This document shows, piece after piece, positions 9,141 to 18,222 of a stretch of 46,236 bases of DNA. The DNA comes from Stellaceae bacterium (lineage in GTDB: Bacteria > Pseudomonadota > Alphaproteobacteria > ATCC43930 > CGMCC-115725), in assembly GCA_035272665.1 (NCBI GenBank), contig DATEQL010000441.1:1-46236 (forward strand), given 5' to 3'. A model generated the notes under the pieces. That model did no database searches, had not been told where the DNA came from, and worked only from the letters and a program-made list of their open reading frames with translations. Each line of letters opens with the position of its first letter. The first letter of the stretch is position 1. The position numbers were made by a program, and so were the translations under genes.

Positions 9141-9656
9141 GCGGATTGGCTGACGATCCGGAGGGACGGGATAGGGATACTTGACGTACGTGCGACGATG
9201 GAGACCACCAATGGCGCTCTGATCTACTTCTCTTACATCGGCACGGTAGACCTGGGCGAAAACGGCTATGAGGAGTTCCTCCAGGGGAAACCGCCGGCGA
9301 GTGGCACACCGATCCGCAGCTCACCCCGCTTTTACACCTCTCATCCTGACTACCTTTGGCTCAATCGTCTCCATTGTCTTGGGATAGGGCAAGCGTTCCT
9401 CGAGCGATCGGAGGTCGCATACGACGTCTATGCCGTAAGCCAAAATGTTCTTTCTGCGCTGCCGCGGTTATGGTCGGCAGCGTCTTCTCGCTCGGCTGAT
9501 CGCCGAAGGCAGCGAGAGACCCCTACGCCGCCTCTTCTTCGGTGTCTTCCTCGGTGCCGGTCGGGCCGGAATCCTTGCCCTTGGCTTCGGGGTCGCGGTC
9601 GACGAGCTCGATCACTGCCATCGCCGCGTCGTCGCCATAACGGTAGCCGGCCTTGA
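9141..9656 (+). pseudogene. DUF3237 (UPF0311)-family gene remnant, N-terminally decayed
   Basis: In the frame of ORF 9198-9656, translation from 9141 reads ADWLTIRRDGIGILDVRATMETTNGALIYFSYIG...IRSSPRFYTSHPDYLWLNRLHCLGIG...VAYDVYAV. This matches my recollection of the DUF3237 C-terminal two-thirds. An in-frame TGA lies at 9072-9074. The possible N-terminus (MIEYCLEH, ATG 9088) is in another frame and too close. The ORF tail 9440-9656 overlaps rplQ antisense. Confidence 0.45.
9457..9482 (-). terminator. 8-bp GC hairpin downstream of rplQ (possible alpha-operon terminator)
   Basis: cgctgccg (9457-9464) pairs with cggcagcg (9475-9482) across a 10-nt loop. It lies 41 nt past the rplQ stop. The trailing U-tract on the minus-strand RNA is weak (cagaaagaacauuuug). 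Confidence 0.35.
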
Positions 9657-9948
9657 TGATCCTAGTATATCCGCCCGCGCGCGTCGCATAACGCTGCGCC
9701 AGGGTGGTCATCAGCTTGTTGGCCAGAGCCGCGTCCTGCAATTTGGCGATCGCGCGCCGCCGTCCCGCCAGCCCCCCATGCTTGCCGATCGTGATCAGCC
9801 GCTCGACAATCGGGCGCAAGTCCTTCGCCTTTGGCAAGGTCGTCGTGATCTGCTCGTGCTTGATCAGTGCCGCGGCGAGGTTCTCGAACATCGCCTTGCG
9901 GTGGGCAGATTTGCGGCTGAAGCTGCGGCCGCGCAGGCGATGGCGCAT
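9523..9948 (-). CDS. rplQ: 50S ribosomal protein L17
   Basis: 141 aa, [46 protein letters not shown]...; it is last in the alpha operon. Confidence 0.97.
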   Translation of the reverse strand: MRHRLRGRSFSRKSAHRKAMFENLAAALIKHEQITTTLPKAKDLRPIVERLITIGKHGGLAGRRRAIAKLQDAALANKLMTTLAQRYATRAGGYTRIIKAGYRYGDDAAMAVIELVDRDPEAKGKDSGPTGTEEDTEEEAA

Positions 9949-9955
9949 GGGATCC

Positions 9956-10972
9956 TCAATAAGGCTCGTCGAGGCGCTTGGCCAATTCCTCGATGTTCTC
10001 GGGCGGCCAGTTTGTGATCTCCATGCCGAGGTGGAGTCCCATCTGGGCCAATACCTCTTTGATCTCGTTCAGAGATTTGCGTCCGAAATTCGGCGTCCGC
10101 AGCATCTCGGCCTCGGATTTCTGAACCAAATCGCCGATATAGACGATGTTGTCGTTCTTCAGGCAATTGGCCGAGCGCACCGACAGCTCGAGCTCGTCGA
10201 CCTTGCGCAGCAGGTTCTTGTTAAACGGCAGCTCGCTCGGGCGAAGCTCCTCGGAGGGATGGCGCGGCTCCTCGAAATTAATGAAGAGCTGAAGCTGATC
10301 CTGCAAGATGCGTGCGGCGAGCGCCACCGCATCTTCGGGCGTCACCGCACCGTTGGTCTCGACCCGGATCGCCAAGCGATCATAGTCGGTAACTTGGCCC
10401 ACACGCGTGTTCTCGACCCTGTAGGACACCTTTCGCACCGGACTGAACAGCGCGTCGACCGGAATGAGACCGATGGGCGCATCCTCCGGTCGGTTCTGCG
10501 TCGCCGGCACGTATCCCTTGCCGTTCTCGACGGTCAGCTCCATGACGACTTTGGCACCGGCATCTAGGGTGCACATCACCATTTCGGGGTTCAGGATATC
10601 GATGTCATGGCCGGTTTCGATCGCGCCTGCCCGGATTTCGCCGGGGCCGTTGGCGCGCAGCCGCATACGCTTTGGACCTTCCCCGTACATCCGCAGGTCG
10701 ATGCTCTTGACGTTGAGGACGATGTCGGTGACATCCTCGAGCACACCCGGGATCGAAGAAAACTCGTGAAGCACGCCCTCGATCTGCATCGACGTGACCG
10801 CCGCACCCTGCAGCGAGGAGAGCAAGATCCGGCGCAGCGCATTCCCCAGAGTCAGCCCGAAACCGCGCTCGAGCGGCTCGGCGACCACCGTTGCAACACG
10901 TTTCGGGTCATCACCCGATTCTACCGATAGCTGTTTCGGCTTGATCAACGCTTGCCAATTTTTTTGAATCAC
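9956..10972 (-). CDS. rpoA: DNA-directed RNA polymerase subunit alpha
   Basis: The track ORF is 9956-10975 (MVIQKNWQ...). Two adjacent GTG codons are present. The second (10970-10972) gives the canonical [12 protein letters not shown] with better spacing from the GAGGG Shine-Dalgarno. Confidence 0.96.
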   Translation of the reverse strand: MIQKNWQALIKPKQLSVESGDDPKRVATVVAEPLERGFGLTLGNALRRILLSSLQGAAVTSMQIEGVLHEFSSIPGVLEDVTDIVLNVKSIDLRMYGEGPKRMRLRANGPGEIRAGAIETGHDIDILNPEMVMCTLDAGAKVVMELTVENGKGYVPATQNRPEDAPIGLIPVDALFSPVRKVSYRVENTRVGQVTDYDRLAIRVETNGAVTPEDAVALAARILQDQLQLFINFEEPRHPSEELRPSELPFNKNLLRKVDELELSVRSANCLKNDNIVYIGDLVQKSEAEMLRTPNFGRKSLNEIKEVLAQMGLHLGMEITNWPPENIEELAKRLDEPY

Positions 10973-11081
10973 CACTCGACCCTCGGCCGTTCGAAGCGGA
11001 CGACATCCGCACCATGAGCCGGCATGGAAGACCTGCCGGCGTTATCCTCAACCCTCCGCCGCGGCGGAGGGCGCTCCCGCA

Positions 11082-11480
11082 TCAGACGCGACGCCGCTTG
11101 GGCGGGCGGCAACCATTGTGCGGGATCGGTGTCACATCCCGGATCGACGTCACCGCGAACCCCACCGCCTGCAAGGCTCGCAACGCCGACTCCCGCCCTG
11201 AGCCCGGCCCCTTGACCTCGATGTCCAGGGTGCGCATGCCGTGCTCCATGGCCTTGCGTCCCGCGTCTTCGGCGGCGACCTGCGCTGCATAGGGCGTGGA
11301 TTTGCGCGAACCCTTGAAGCCTTGGCTGCCCGATGACGACCAGGCGATCGTATTCCCCTGGGCATCGGTGATCGTGATCATCGTGTTGTTGAACGTCGCG
11401 TTCACATGCGCCGTGCCCGAGGTGATGTTTTTGCGTTCGCGCCGACGTAGGCGCGGCGTCGTGGTCGCCGTTCTGGCCAT
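11082..11480 (-). CDS. rpsK: 30S ribosomal protein S11
   Basis: 132 aa, ...[30 protein letters not shown]...[16 protein letters not shown]. Confidence 0.97.
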   Translation of the reverse strand: MARTATTTPRLRRRERKNITSGTAHVNATFNNTMITITDAQGNTIAWSSSGSQGFKGSRKSTPYAAQVAAEDAGRKAMEHGMRTLDIEVKGPGSGRESALRALQAVGFAVTSIRDVTPIPHNGCRPPKRRRV

Positions 11481-11516
11481 TTATCGCTTCCGCCGTTGCA
11501 GTTTGGGCAGCGAGAT

Positions 11517-11885
11517 CTATTTCTTCTTGCCGGCGATCGGGCGAGCCGGCCCCTTCCGTGTCCGCGCGTTCGTATGCGTGCGCTGCCCGCGCACCGGAAG
11601 CCCCTTGCGGTGGCGCAATCCGCGGTAGCAGCCGAGATCCATCAGCCTCTTGATATTCATCGCGACTTGCCGCCGCAGGTCGCCCTCGACCGTATAGTCA
11701 CGATCGATTAGCTCGCGGACGCGCAACACTTCGTCGTCGGTCAACTCGTGTACCCGCCGCTCGATCGGAATGGCGATCCTGTTGCAGATTTCGAGGGCCT
11801 TGGTCCGACCGATGCCGTGGATATAAGTAAGCCCGATCGGGACCCGCTTCTGATTGGGAATGTTGACGCCAGCGATGCGCGCCAC
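11517..11885 (-). CDS. rpsM: 30S ribosomal protein S13
   Basis: 122 aa, [30 protein letters not shown].... GTG start at 11883-11885 with a GAGGAG Shine-Dalgarno 7 nt upstream. Confidence 0.97.
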   Translation of the reverse strand: MARIAGVNIPNQKRVPIGLTYIHGIGRTKALEICNRIAIPIERRVHELTDDEVLRVRELIDRDYTVEGDLRRQVAMNIKRLMDLGCYRGLRHRKGLPVRGQRTHTNARTRKGPARPIAGKKK

Positions 11886-11907
11886 CTGCGCTTCTCCTCA
11901 AAAAAAC

Positions 11908-11936
11908 AAAGTAGGGATGGGTTCCGCTCGTCGCAA
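11908..11936 (-). promoter_or_regulatory. candidate sigma-70-type promoter for rpsM-rpsK-rpoA-rplQ
   Basis: The minus strand reads TTGCGA (11931-11936), a 17-nt spacer, then TACTTT (11908-11913). It sits about 20 nt upstream of the rpsM GTG. This is a motif match by eye only. Confidence 0.25.
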
Positions 11937-12133
11937 GGGCTAGCATTATACGGATCAAAGCTGATGCGTCAATCGGCTCCTGGCGCATCGTCGCCCAGGG
12001 CCGTGATGATCATCGCATCAAACCGCCTGCGTGACACCAAGCTGCCACGATCAACTGGGCGATTTCGGGTGCGATCGGCTCGGTCTCATAGAACCACGGC
12101 GCTCGGACGGGTCATTCCAATGCAGGGCTAGCC

Positions 12134-12742
12134 TCAGAGTCGGATCGTTGTCAGCCGCTGCGCGTAATTCACCTCGTCGAGAGCTCCGGCTTGGCTTGAG
12201 ATGCCCGGCTTTGCGAAAAGGACGGGGCTGAAACCACCCGCAATTGTGGGGCTATACTTCTGGATATCGGGGCTGTGGTTCGCGGCGAGCTGCTGCGAAA
12301 GGCCTGTTTGCACCGTCTCCTCATCCCGCTTGTAGAAAATCCTACAGAGCCCAGCCAGCCGCCACTGATATTCCACATAGGTGCCATCCCTCGGGTCGAT
12401 GATGCTGGTGTCGAAGCCGTGCGCTTGACCATGCCAATTGCCGAGGGTGTTCGCGAACCATTGCATTTCCCCCGCCCAAGCGGCCAAGATACCTTGCCCG
12501 TACCGTATCTTGCGGTTGCAGCAACCATAGATCTCTGTAATTGCGGCCGTTGCGAGTCCCCTCCCCTGGGCCCAGTGCCAGAACGCCGCGAAAGTCGCCT
12601 GGGAGGATGCTGGCGTGACCATATGGACGCCCCAGAGATCATTATTCGTGCGGGCGACGAACCCCATGCAGAGGAGCAGGTGGGGAAATCCGATAGTCGC
12701 CGCATCACGCCCCATCATGTCTTCGTCCAGAAATACCGGCAT
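12134..12742 (-). CDS. hypothetical protein (orphan, Trp-rich, no recognisable domain)
   Basis: 202-aa ORF with an ATG start and no signal peptide or TM segment. I recognise no family. Sequence MPVFLDEDMMGRDAATIGFPHLLLCMGFVART...GCCNRKIRYGQ.... It is co-directional with its neighbours and 60 nt downstream of the TrpB2-like gene. Confidence 0.6.
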   Translation of the reverse strand: MPVFLDEDMMGRDAATIGFPHLLLCMGFVARTNNDLWGVHMVTPASSQATFAAFWHWAQGRGLATAAITEIYGCCNRKIRYGQGILAAWAGEMQWFANTLGNWHGQAHGFDTSIIDPRDGTYVEYQWRLAGLCRIFYKRDEETVQTGLSQQLAANHSPDIQKYSPTIAGGFSPVLFAKPGISSQAGALDEVNYAQRLTTIRL

Positions 12743-12802
12743 TCGTTCCGTCTGGTTCTGTCAGAATATCAAATTTAGGCAGGGACCTGGCGCATCGAGA
12801 CC

Positions 12803-14170
12803 CTATTCCGCGGCCACCTTGGGCAGATTGGCGAGTGCCAGGTCGAGCGCGTCCGCGTCATAGGCGCGGTCCTCGAGTTTACCGGCCTGATAGTCGATAT
12901 AGGCCTGCATGTCGAAATGGCCGTGGCCGCACAGGTTGAACAGGATCGTGTGCGATATGCCCTCCTTGCGGCAGCGCAACGCCTCGTCGATCGCGCCGCG
13001 TACGGCGTGGTTGGCCTCCGGGGCGGGCAGGATGCCCTCGACGCGCGCGAATTGGATGCCGGCCTCGAAGCACCGCGTCTGTGTATAGGCGCGGGACTCG
13101 ATGAGTCCGAGCTCCTGAAGCAGGCTGACCAGCGGCGCCATACCGTGATATCGCAGACCGCCGGCGTGGAAGCCGGGCGGCACGAACGTCGAGCCCAGGG
13201 TGTGCATTTTGACGAGCGGCGTCAGGTGTCCGGTGTCGCCGAAGTCGTACGCGTACTTGCCGCGCGTCAGGCTCGGGCAGGCGAACGGCTCGCAGGCGAT
13301 CACCCGCGGCTTTGGCCCGCCGCGCAACCCGGCGCCGATGAACGGGAACGCAATGCCGGCAAAATTGCTGCCGCCGCCCGTGCAACCCACGATGATGTCG
13401 GGATAATCGCCCGCCATCTCGAGCTGCGCCATCGCTTCCTGGCCGATCACGGTCTGGTGCAGCAGCACATGGTTGAGGACGCTGCCGAGCGAATATTTGG
13501 TGTCGGGATCTTGCGCGGCGACTTCCACCGCCTCGCTGATTGCCATCCCCAAGCTGCCAGGTGAGTTCGGGTGCTCGGCCAGGATGCGCCGTCCGGACTC
13601 CGTTTCGGTGCTCGGGCTCGCCACGCATTGAGCGCCCCAAGCCTCCATCAGCGCCTTGCGGTACGGCTTCTGCTCGAAGCTGACTTTGACCATGTAGACG
13701 CGCACGTCGAGACCGAACACGGCGCCCGCGAAGGCGAGTGCCGATCCCCACTGCCCGGCGCCGGTCTCGGTGGTGAGCCGCTTGACGCCGGCCTCTTTGT
13801 TGTAGAAGGCCTGAGCCACGGCGGTGTTGGGTTTGTGGCTGCCGGCGGGGCTGACGCCCTCGTATTTGTAATAAATCTTCGCCGGCGTATCGAGCGCTTG
13901 CTCCAGCCGATGCGCCCGATAGAGCGGCGAAGGACGCCATTGACGGTAGACTTCTCGCACCGGTTCGGGGATCTCGATTGTCCGCTCAGCCGAAACCTCC
14001 TGCCGGATCAGCGCCATCGGAAACAGCGGCTCGAGATCTTGCGGTCCGATTGGCTTCAAGGTCCCGGGGTGCAGCACCGGCTCGGGCGGGCGCGGCAAGT
14101 CGGCCACGATATTGTACCAATCCCTTGGAAGCCGGGTCTCATCGAGCAGATATTTCACCGTATCGGACAT
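12803..14170 (-). CDS. TrpB-like pyridoxal-phosphate-dependent enzyme (TrpB2 / tryptophan synthase beta-like)
   Basis: 455 aa, long-form TrpB2 architecture. N-terminus [29 protein letters not shown]-lysine motif GSHKPNTA. Phosphate loop [11 protein letters not shown]. Good Shine-Dalgarno GGGGAGAGG. Confidence 0.85.
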   Translation of the reverse strand: MSDTVKYLLDETRLPRDWYNIVADLPRPPEPVLHPGTLKPIGPQDLEPLFPMALIRQEVSAERTIEIPEPVREVYRQWRPSPLYRAHRLEQALDTPAKIYYKYEGVSPAGSHKPNTAVAQAFYNKEAGVKRLTTETGAGQWGSALAFAGAVFGLDVRVYMVKVSFEQKPYRKALMEAWGAQCVASPSTETESGRRILAEHPNSPGSLGMAISEAVEVAAQDPDTKYSLGSVLNHVLLHQTVIGQEAMAQLEMAGDYPDIIVGCTGGGSNFAGIAFPFIGAGLRGGPKPRVIACEPFACPSLTRGKYAYDFGDTGHLTPLVKMHTLGSTFVPPGFHAGGLRYHGMAPLVSLLQELGLIESRAYTQTRCFEAGIQFARVEGILPAPEANHAVRGAIDEALRCRKEGISHTILFNLCGHGHFDMQAYIDYQAGKLEDRAYDADALDLALANLPKVAAE

Positions 14171-14189
14171 CGGCCTCTCCCCGTTCCCG

Positions 14190-15260
14190 TTAGTCGCTTT
14201 TCGGCGCTTTCCAGATCCCGCGCTCCTGCATCAGGCGGACCTGCCGGTCGATGACCTCGCGCTTGTACTCGGCATGCCGGCCAGGAAGCTTATCGATATA
14301 CAGATTTTTGGGGTAGATCGGCTGCTCGTAGATGATCTGCGCCAGCTCGGTGCGGATGTCCTTGGGCCAGTTCGTCACTTGAGCACTTTGCCGGTGGTGC
14401 CGCAGCGCTTCGATATTGATCACGCCGGCGACGAAAGTGGATCCGTTCGTGTCGCGTTGCTTGCCGACGATGGCACCTCGATAGTCGACGATCATCGACT
14501 GTCCGCCGCCGGCATCGATAGGCGTTTCGCTGTCCGGGTAGAGGTGGTAGCCGCCGATGTTGGGCGCGACGACATACATGTTGTTCTCGAGCGCGCGCGC
14601 CCGGTTTGAGATTTCGAAGAAGTCGTTCTCGGTGAACGGCGCAGGCAGCGAGGCCCGGTAGACCACCTCTGCGCCGTTCAGCGCCAGACCGCGGCCATTC
14701 TCCGGGTAATTCCCTTCCATCGCCATCATGATCCCCAAGCGTCCGATCGCCGTGTCGGCGACGGGCCAGAACGCCTGTAGATTGCGACCGTATTTCTCGA
14801 TCCACCAGTCGAACAGATCGTGCGGCGAGACGGAGCGTTCGCACGGCAACAGGGCTACGATCTTGTAATGCTTCAAGATAACGCAGCCGTCCGGGTCGAT
14901 GACAAAGCCGATATTGAAGAACCGATCGGGCCAGTCGTCGTGCCGCGCCTTGGCTTGCGCCATGATGAAGGTGCCCCAGCTGCGGGCGAGCCGTCCCAGA
15001 CGGTCGGTTTCCGGGCCGGGAATGTCGATGGCGCAGGTCCGCGCGAACTCGGCGTGATCAACATCGAGCACTTCGTCGTTGAACCCCTGCAGGGCACCCT
15101 CCGGAATGGCGACCAGGCGGACCGGAATATCGAGGTTCGACAACCAAAACGCCGCCTTGGTCAGACTTTCCAGATGTTCGAGGTTCTTTTCGATGTCTTC
15201 GCGGCGACGAATGCCCCAGAAACTCGGGATCAGACCGACCGCGGTATAGGGTTCGATCAT
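14190..15260 (-). CDS. carbon-nitrogen hydrolase superfamily protein, aliphatic amidase/formamidase-like, lacking the nucleophile cysteine
   Basis: The track ORF starts at GTG 15272. The ATG at 15258-15260 ([10 protein letters not shown]) has a GAGGG Shine-Dalgarno. By eye it is colinear with AmiE/AmiF: [10 protein letters not shown] (Glu), LKHYKI (Lys), PCERS (second Glu) and [12 protein letters not shown], where AmiE has LIICDDGNYPE. Confidence 0.8.
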   Translation of the reverse strand: MIEPYTAVGLIPSFWGIRRREDIEKNLEHLESLTKAAFWLSNLDIPVRLVAIPEGALQGFNDEVLDVDHAEFARTCAIDIPGPETDRLGRLARSWGTFIMAQAKARHDDWPDRFFNIGFVIDPDGCVILKHYKIVALLPCERSVSPHDLFDWWIEKYGRNLQAFWPVADTAIGRLGIMMAMEGNYPENGRGLALNGAEVVYRASLPAPFTENDFFEISNRARALENNMYVVAPNIGGYHLYPDSETPIDAGGGQSMIVDYRGAIVGKQRDTNGSTFVAGVINIEALRHHRQSAQVTNWPKDIRTELAQIIYEQPIYPKNLYIDKLPGRHAEYKREVIDRQVRLMQERGIWKAPKSD

Positions 15261-15348
15261 GCTGGCCCTCACCAGACGTTAGCCTGGAACGAAGGATGTC
15301 AAATATAAGCGCTTGGGGCCACCCTCGATCTGGCGGAGGTTCCGAGCC

Positions 15349-15993
15349 TCACCCGAGGATCTTTTCGATTTCGCCCGCGACCGCGTCGATCTCGGCCATC
15401 CCGTCGACGCTACGCAGGATGCCGCGCTCGCGATAGTACGGCAAGATCGGCGCCGTCTGACGATGATAGACCTTGAGCCGCTCCTTGACGGTCTCTGGCC
15501 TGTCGTCCGCGCGACAGGCGAACTCGCAGCCGCCGCAGGCGTCGCAAACGCCGTCAACCTTCGGCCGGTTGTCGCGTTCGTTATAGCTAACACCGCACTG
15601 TTGACAGGTAAACCGTCCGGCCAGACGTTCGATCAGGGCGGGCTCGCTGACCTCGATCTCGACCACATGGTCGAGCCTGAGACCGCGCTGGGCTAGCATC
15701 TCATCGAGCGCCTGCGCCTGTGGCAGCGTCCTCGGGAAGCCGTCAAGAATGAAGCCGTTGCGGCAATCCGGCTGGCCGATCCGATCGGCGATCATGGCGA
15801 CGATGATGCCGTCGGGAACCAGCTGGCCGGAATCCATAATGCTCTTGACGCGAAGCCCGAGCTCGCTGCCTGAGGCGGACGCCGCCCGCAACATGTCCCC
15901 GGTCGAAAGCTGAGGAATGCCGTGGGCCTGCTCGATCCGCTTTGCCTGGGTCCCCTTCCCCGAGCCGGGCGGCCCGAGCAGGATGAGGTTCAT
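15349..15993 (-). CDS. adk: adenylate kinase (Zn-lid type)
   Basis: 214 aa, MNLILLGPPGSGKGTQAKRI.... The lid has CQQCG...CDACGG. Its ATG overlaps the secY TGA (ATGA). Confidence 0.96.
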   Translation of the reverse strand: MNLILLGPPGSGKGTQAKRIEQAHGIPQLSTGDMLRAASASGSELGLRVKSIMDSGQLVPDGIIVAMIADRIGQPDCRNGFILDGFPRTLPQAQALDEMLAQRGLRLDHVVEIEVSEPALIERLAGRFTCQQCGVSYNERDNRPKVDGVCDACGGCEFACRADDRPETVKERLKVYHRQTAPILPYYRERGILRSVDGMAEIDAVAGEIEKILG

Positions 15994-17336
15994 CCCCGTC
16001 GCCCCCGGAGCTTCGCCTTCCTGATCAAACCCTCGTATTGATGCGCCAAGAGGTGCGAGTGAATCTGCGCGACGGTGTCCATCGTGACGCTGACGACGAT
16101 CAGAAGACTGGTCCCGCCGAAATAGAATGGAACCGAATATTCCGAAATCAGGATCTCCGGCAGGATGCAGACTGCCGAGAGATAGGCGGCGCCGACGACG
16201 GTCAATCGCGTCAACACGTAGTCCAAGTAGTCTGCAGTGTTCTTTCCCGGCCTAATTCCGGGAATGAAGCCGCCATATTTGCGTAGATTGTCGGCGGTCT
16301 CGGTCGGATTGAAGACGATCGCGGTATAAAAGAAGCAGAAGAAGCAGATCAAGGCGACGTAGAGGGCCATGTAGAGCGGCCGTCCATGCGCGAGATAGGC
16401 CGTGATCTCACCGATCCAACCGAAGCTCTGCCCGTTTGCCTCAAAATTCGCGATTGTCGCCGGCAGCAGCAACAGTGAAGAGGCGAAGATTGGCGGAATG
16501 ACGCCGGACGTATTGATCTTCAGGGGCAGATGAGAGGCGTCACCGCCGAACATCTTATTGCCCACTTGGCGTTTCGGGTACTGGATGAGAATTCGCCGTT
16601 GCGCACGCTCCATAAACACGATGAAGCCGACTACCCCGACCGAGATCGCCAGGAAGATGATGATAAAAACGGTCGATATCGCGCCGGTGCGGCCGAGTTC
16701 GAGCGTAGACGCCAGGGCGTGAGGAAGGTTCGCGACGATCCCTGACATGATGATCAGCGAGATGCCGTTCCCGACCCCGCGGGCGGTGATCTGCTCGCCG
16801 AGCCACATCAGGAATACCGTGCCGCTCGTCAGCGTCACCATGGTCACCAGTCGGAAGAACAACCCGGGATCGAGGACGGCGGATTGGGCCCCGGCACGCA
16901 TGCCTTCGAGGCCAACGGCGATGCCATAGGACTGCACCGCCGCCAATAGGACCGTTCCGAAGCGGGTATATTGGTTCAGTTTCTTGCGTCCGCTCTCGCC
17001 CTCCTTTTTCAGCGCTTCAAGGGTCGGAGAAACCGCCGTCAGCAGCTGGATGATGATCGATGCCGAGATGTACGGCATGATGTTGAGCGCGAAAATCGTC
17101 ATGCGCCCGAGCGCACCGCCCGAGAACATGTCGAACATGCCGAGGATACCGCCCGCATTGCGAGAAAAGAGGTCTTGAAGGATCGCCGGATCGATACCGG
17201 GGATCGGGATGTAGGTGCCCAGCCGATAGATCACCAGAGCGCCGAGGGTGAACCAAATTCGGCTCTTGAGCTCGGACGCCTTGGCGAAGGCCGAGAGATT
17301 AATGCTGGCTGCGAGTTGTTCGGCGGCTGACGCCAT
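15990..17336 (-). CDS. secY: preprotein translocase subunit SecY
   Basis: The track ORF extends to 17549. I trimmed it to the ATG at 17334-17336 (MASAAEQLAASINLSAFAKASELKSRIWFTLGALVIYRLGTYIPIPGI), the conserved SecY N-terminus. Confidence 0.95.
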   Translation of the reverse strand: MASAAEQLAASINLSAFAKASELKSRIWFTLGALVIYRLGTYIPIPGIDPAILQDLFSRNAGGILGMFDMFSGGALGRMTIFALNIMPYISASIIIQLLTAVSPTLEALKKEGESGRKKLNQYTRFGTVLLAAVQSYGIAVGLEGMRAGAQSAVLDPGLFFRLVTMVTLTSGTVFLMWLGEQITARGVGNGISLIIMSGIVANLPHALASTLELGRTGAISTVFIIIFLAISVGVVGFIVFMERAQRRILIQYPKRQVGNKMFGGDASHLPLKINTSGVIPPIFASSLLLLPATIANFEANGQSFGWIGEITAYLAHGRPLYMALYVALICFFCFFYTAIVFNPTETADNLRKYGGFIPGIRPGKNTADYLDYVLTRLTVVGAAYLSAVCILPEILISEYSVPFYFGGTSLLIVVSVTMDTVAQIHSHLLAHQYEGLIRKAKLRGRRG

Positions 17337-17382
17337 CTCAGTGATCCCTAACCAAATATCGGCCGCGGCAGCGCCCTTATGT

Positions 17383-17886
17383 TCACGCCGAGGCTGCCGC
17401 CCCCGCCTCCTGCTTTTTCGCCCGGGCGGTGCGAAGGATAACTTTGCCTCCGGCGTTCTCGACCGCGGCGATCGCCGCCTTCGAGGCACCGGCGGCCTCG
17501 ATCGTGATTGCGGTGCGGAGCTCGCCCTTGGCCAGAAGCCGGACACCATCGCCGAGCCGTCGGAGCAGCCCGCAAGCCACCAACGCCGCCGCGTCGACTG
17601 TGCGCTCGGCTTTCAGCTTACCATCATCGAGCGCGGTTTGCAGGCGGCCGATATTGACCACCTTGAAATCCTTACGAAAGATGCTGTTGTCGAAGCCGCG
17701 TTTCGGCAAGCGACGATGAAGCGGCGTCTGGCCGCCCTCAAAGCCGTTGAGCGCGACCCCAGTCCGCGCGGTCTGGCCTTTGCCGCCACGCGCCGCGGTC
17801 TTGCCCTTGCCCGAGCCGATACCGCGCCCGACCCGCTTTGCCCGATAATGCGCTCCGGGATGGTCCCGGATCTCGTTGAGTTTCAT
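17383..17886 (-). CDS. rplO: 50S ribosomal protein L15
   Basis: Trimmed to the ATG at 17884-17886: [38 protein letters not shown].... Confidence 0.95.
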   Translation of the reverse strand: MKLNEIRDHPGAHYRAKRVGRGIGSGKGKTAARGGKGQTARTGVALNGFEGGQTPLHRRLPKRGFDNSIFRKDFKVVNIGRLQTALDDGKLKAERTVDAAALVACGLLRRLGDGVRLLAKGELRTAITIEAAGASKAAIAAVENAGGKVILRTARAKKQEAGAAASA

Positions 17887-17926
17887 CCGCTCGCTGATCC
17901 TTCCTCCATCATCGCTCCCCGGTCGG

Positions 17927-18012
17927 CCCTCACCCACCCAGCCCTCTCGGGCTGGGTTCCGCCTCTCCCGTAGTGCGGGAGAGGGTGCCGGGCGCAGCGA
18001 GGCGGGTGAGGG
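17927..18012. repeat. nested palindromic (REP-like) element inside the rpmD-rplO spacer
   Basis: Outer arms ccctcaccc (17927-17935) and gggtgaggg (18004-18012) enclose two hairpins. These are cccagccc/gggctggg (17937-17956) and cctctcccg/cgggagagg (17962-17984). Confidence 0.7.
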
Positions 18013-18030
18013 TCTTCGAACGCCGATAAC

Positions 18031-18222
18031 CTAGCCCTCATCCACCACGCGCACGAGGTGATTCACTTTCTTGATCATGCCCCGGACTGCCGGCGTGTCC
18101 TCGAGCACGCGCTGACGGTGCAGCTTGTTCAACCCGAGCCCCTTCAGGGTCGCCCGCTGATCAGGCTTACGCCCGATCGGGCTTCCGGTCTGCGCCACGG
18201 TAACCTTCCTGCCGTCCATCAT
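18031..18222 (-). CDS. rpmD: 50S ribosomal protein L30
   Basis: 63 aa, [50 protein letters not shown].... Confidence 0.95.
   Translation of the reverse strand: MMDGRKVTVAQTGSPIGRKPDQRATLKGLGLNKLHRQRVLEDTPAVRGMIKKVNHLVRVVDEG

Noticed and set aside
11905-11920. A shared 14-mer, catccctactttgt, lies upstream of rpsM (minus-sense, 11906-11919) and in the rplJ leader (plus-sense, 41611-41624). It looked like a possible common operator.
   Set aside because: The two copies have opposite orientation relative to two co-directional genes. By my rough estimate, several chance 14-mer matches are expected in a 46-kb window when both strands are compared.
11886-15348. Search for mobile-element hallmarks around the adk-rpsM insertion: integrase, transposase, inverted terminal repeats, target-site duplications and tRNA attachment sites.
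   Set aside because: None was seen by eye at either junction, so the insertion cannot be called a mobile element.
17337-17549. N-terminal over-extensions in the ORF track for secY. The same applies to rpoC to 36369, rpsE to 19307, rplC to 26854, rplO to 17937, rplV to 23853, rpmC to 22408, rplA to 42454 and the SBP to 5089.
   Set aside because: The extensions overlap the upstream gene and are Arg/Pro-rich. An internal ATG or GTG, mostly with a visible Shine-Dalgarno, reproduces the conserved family N-terminus.
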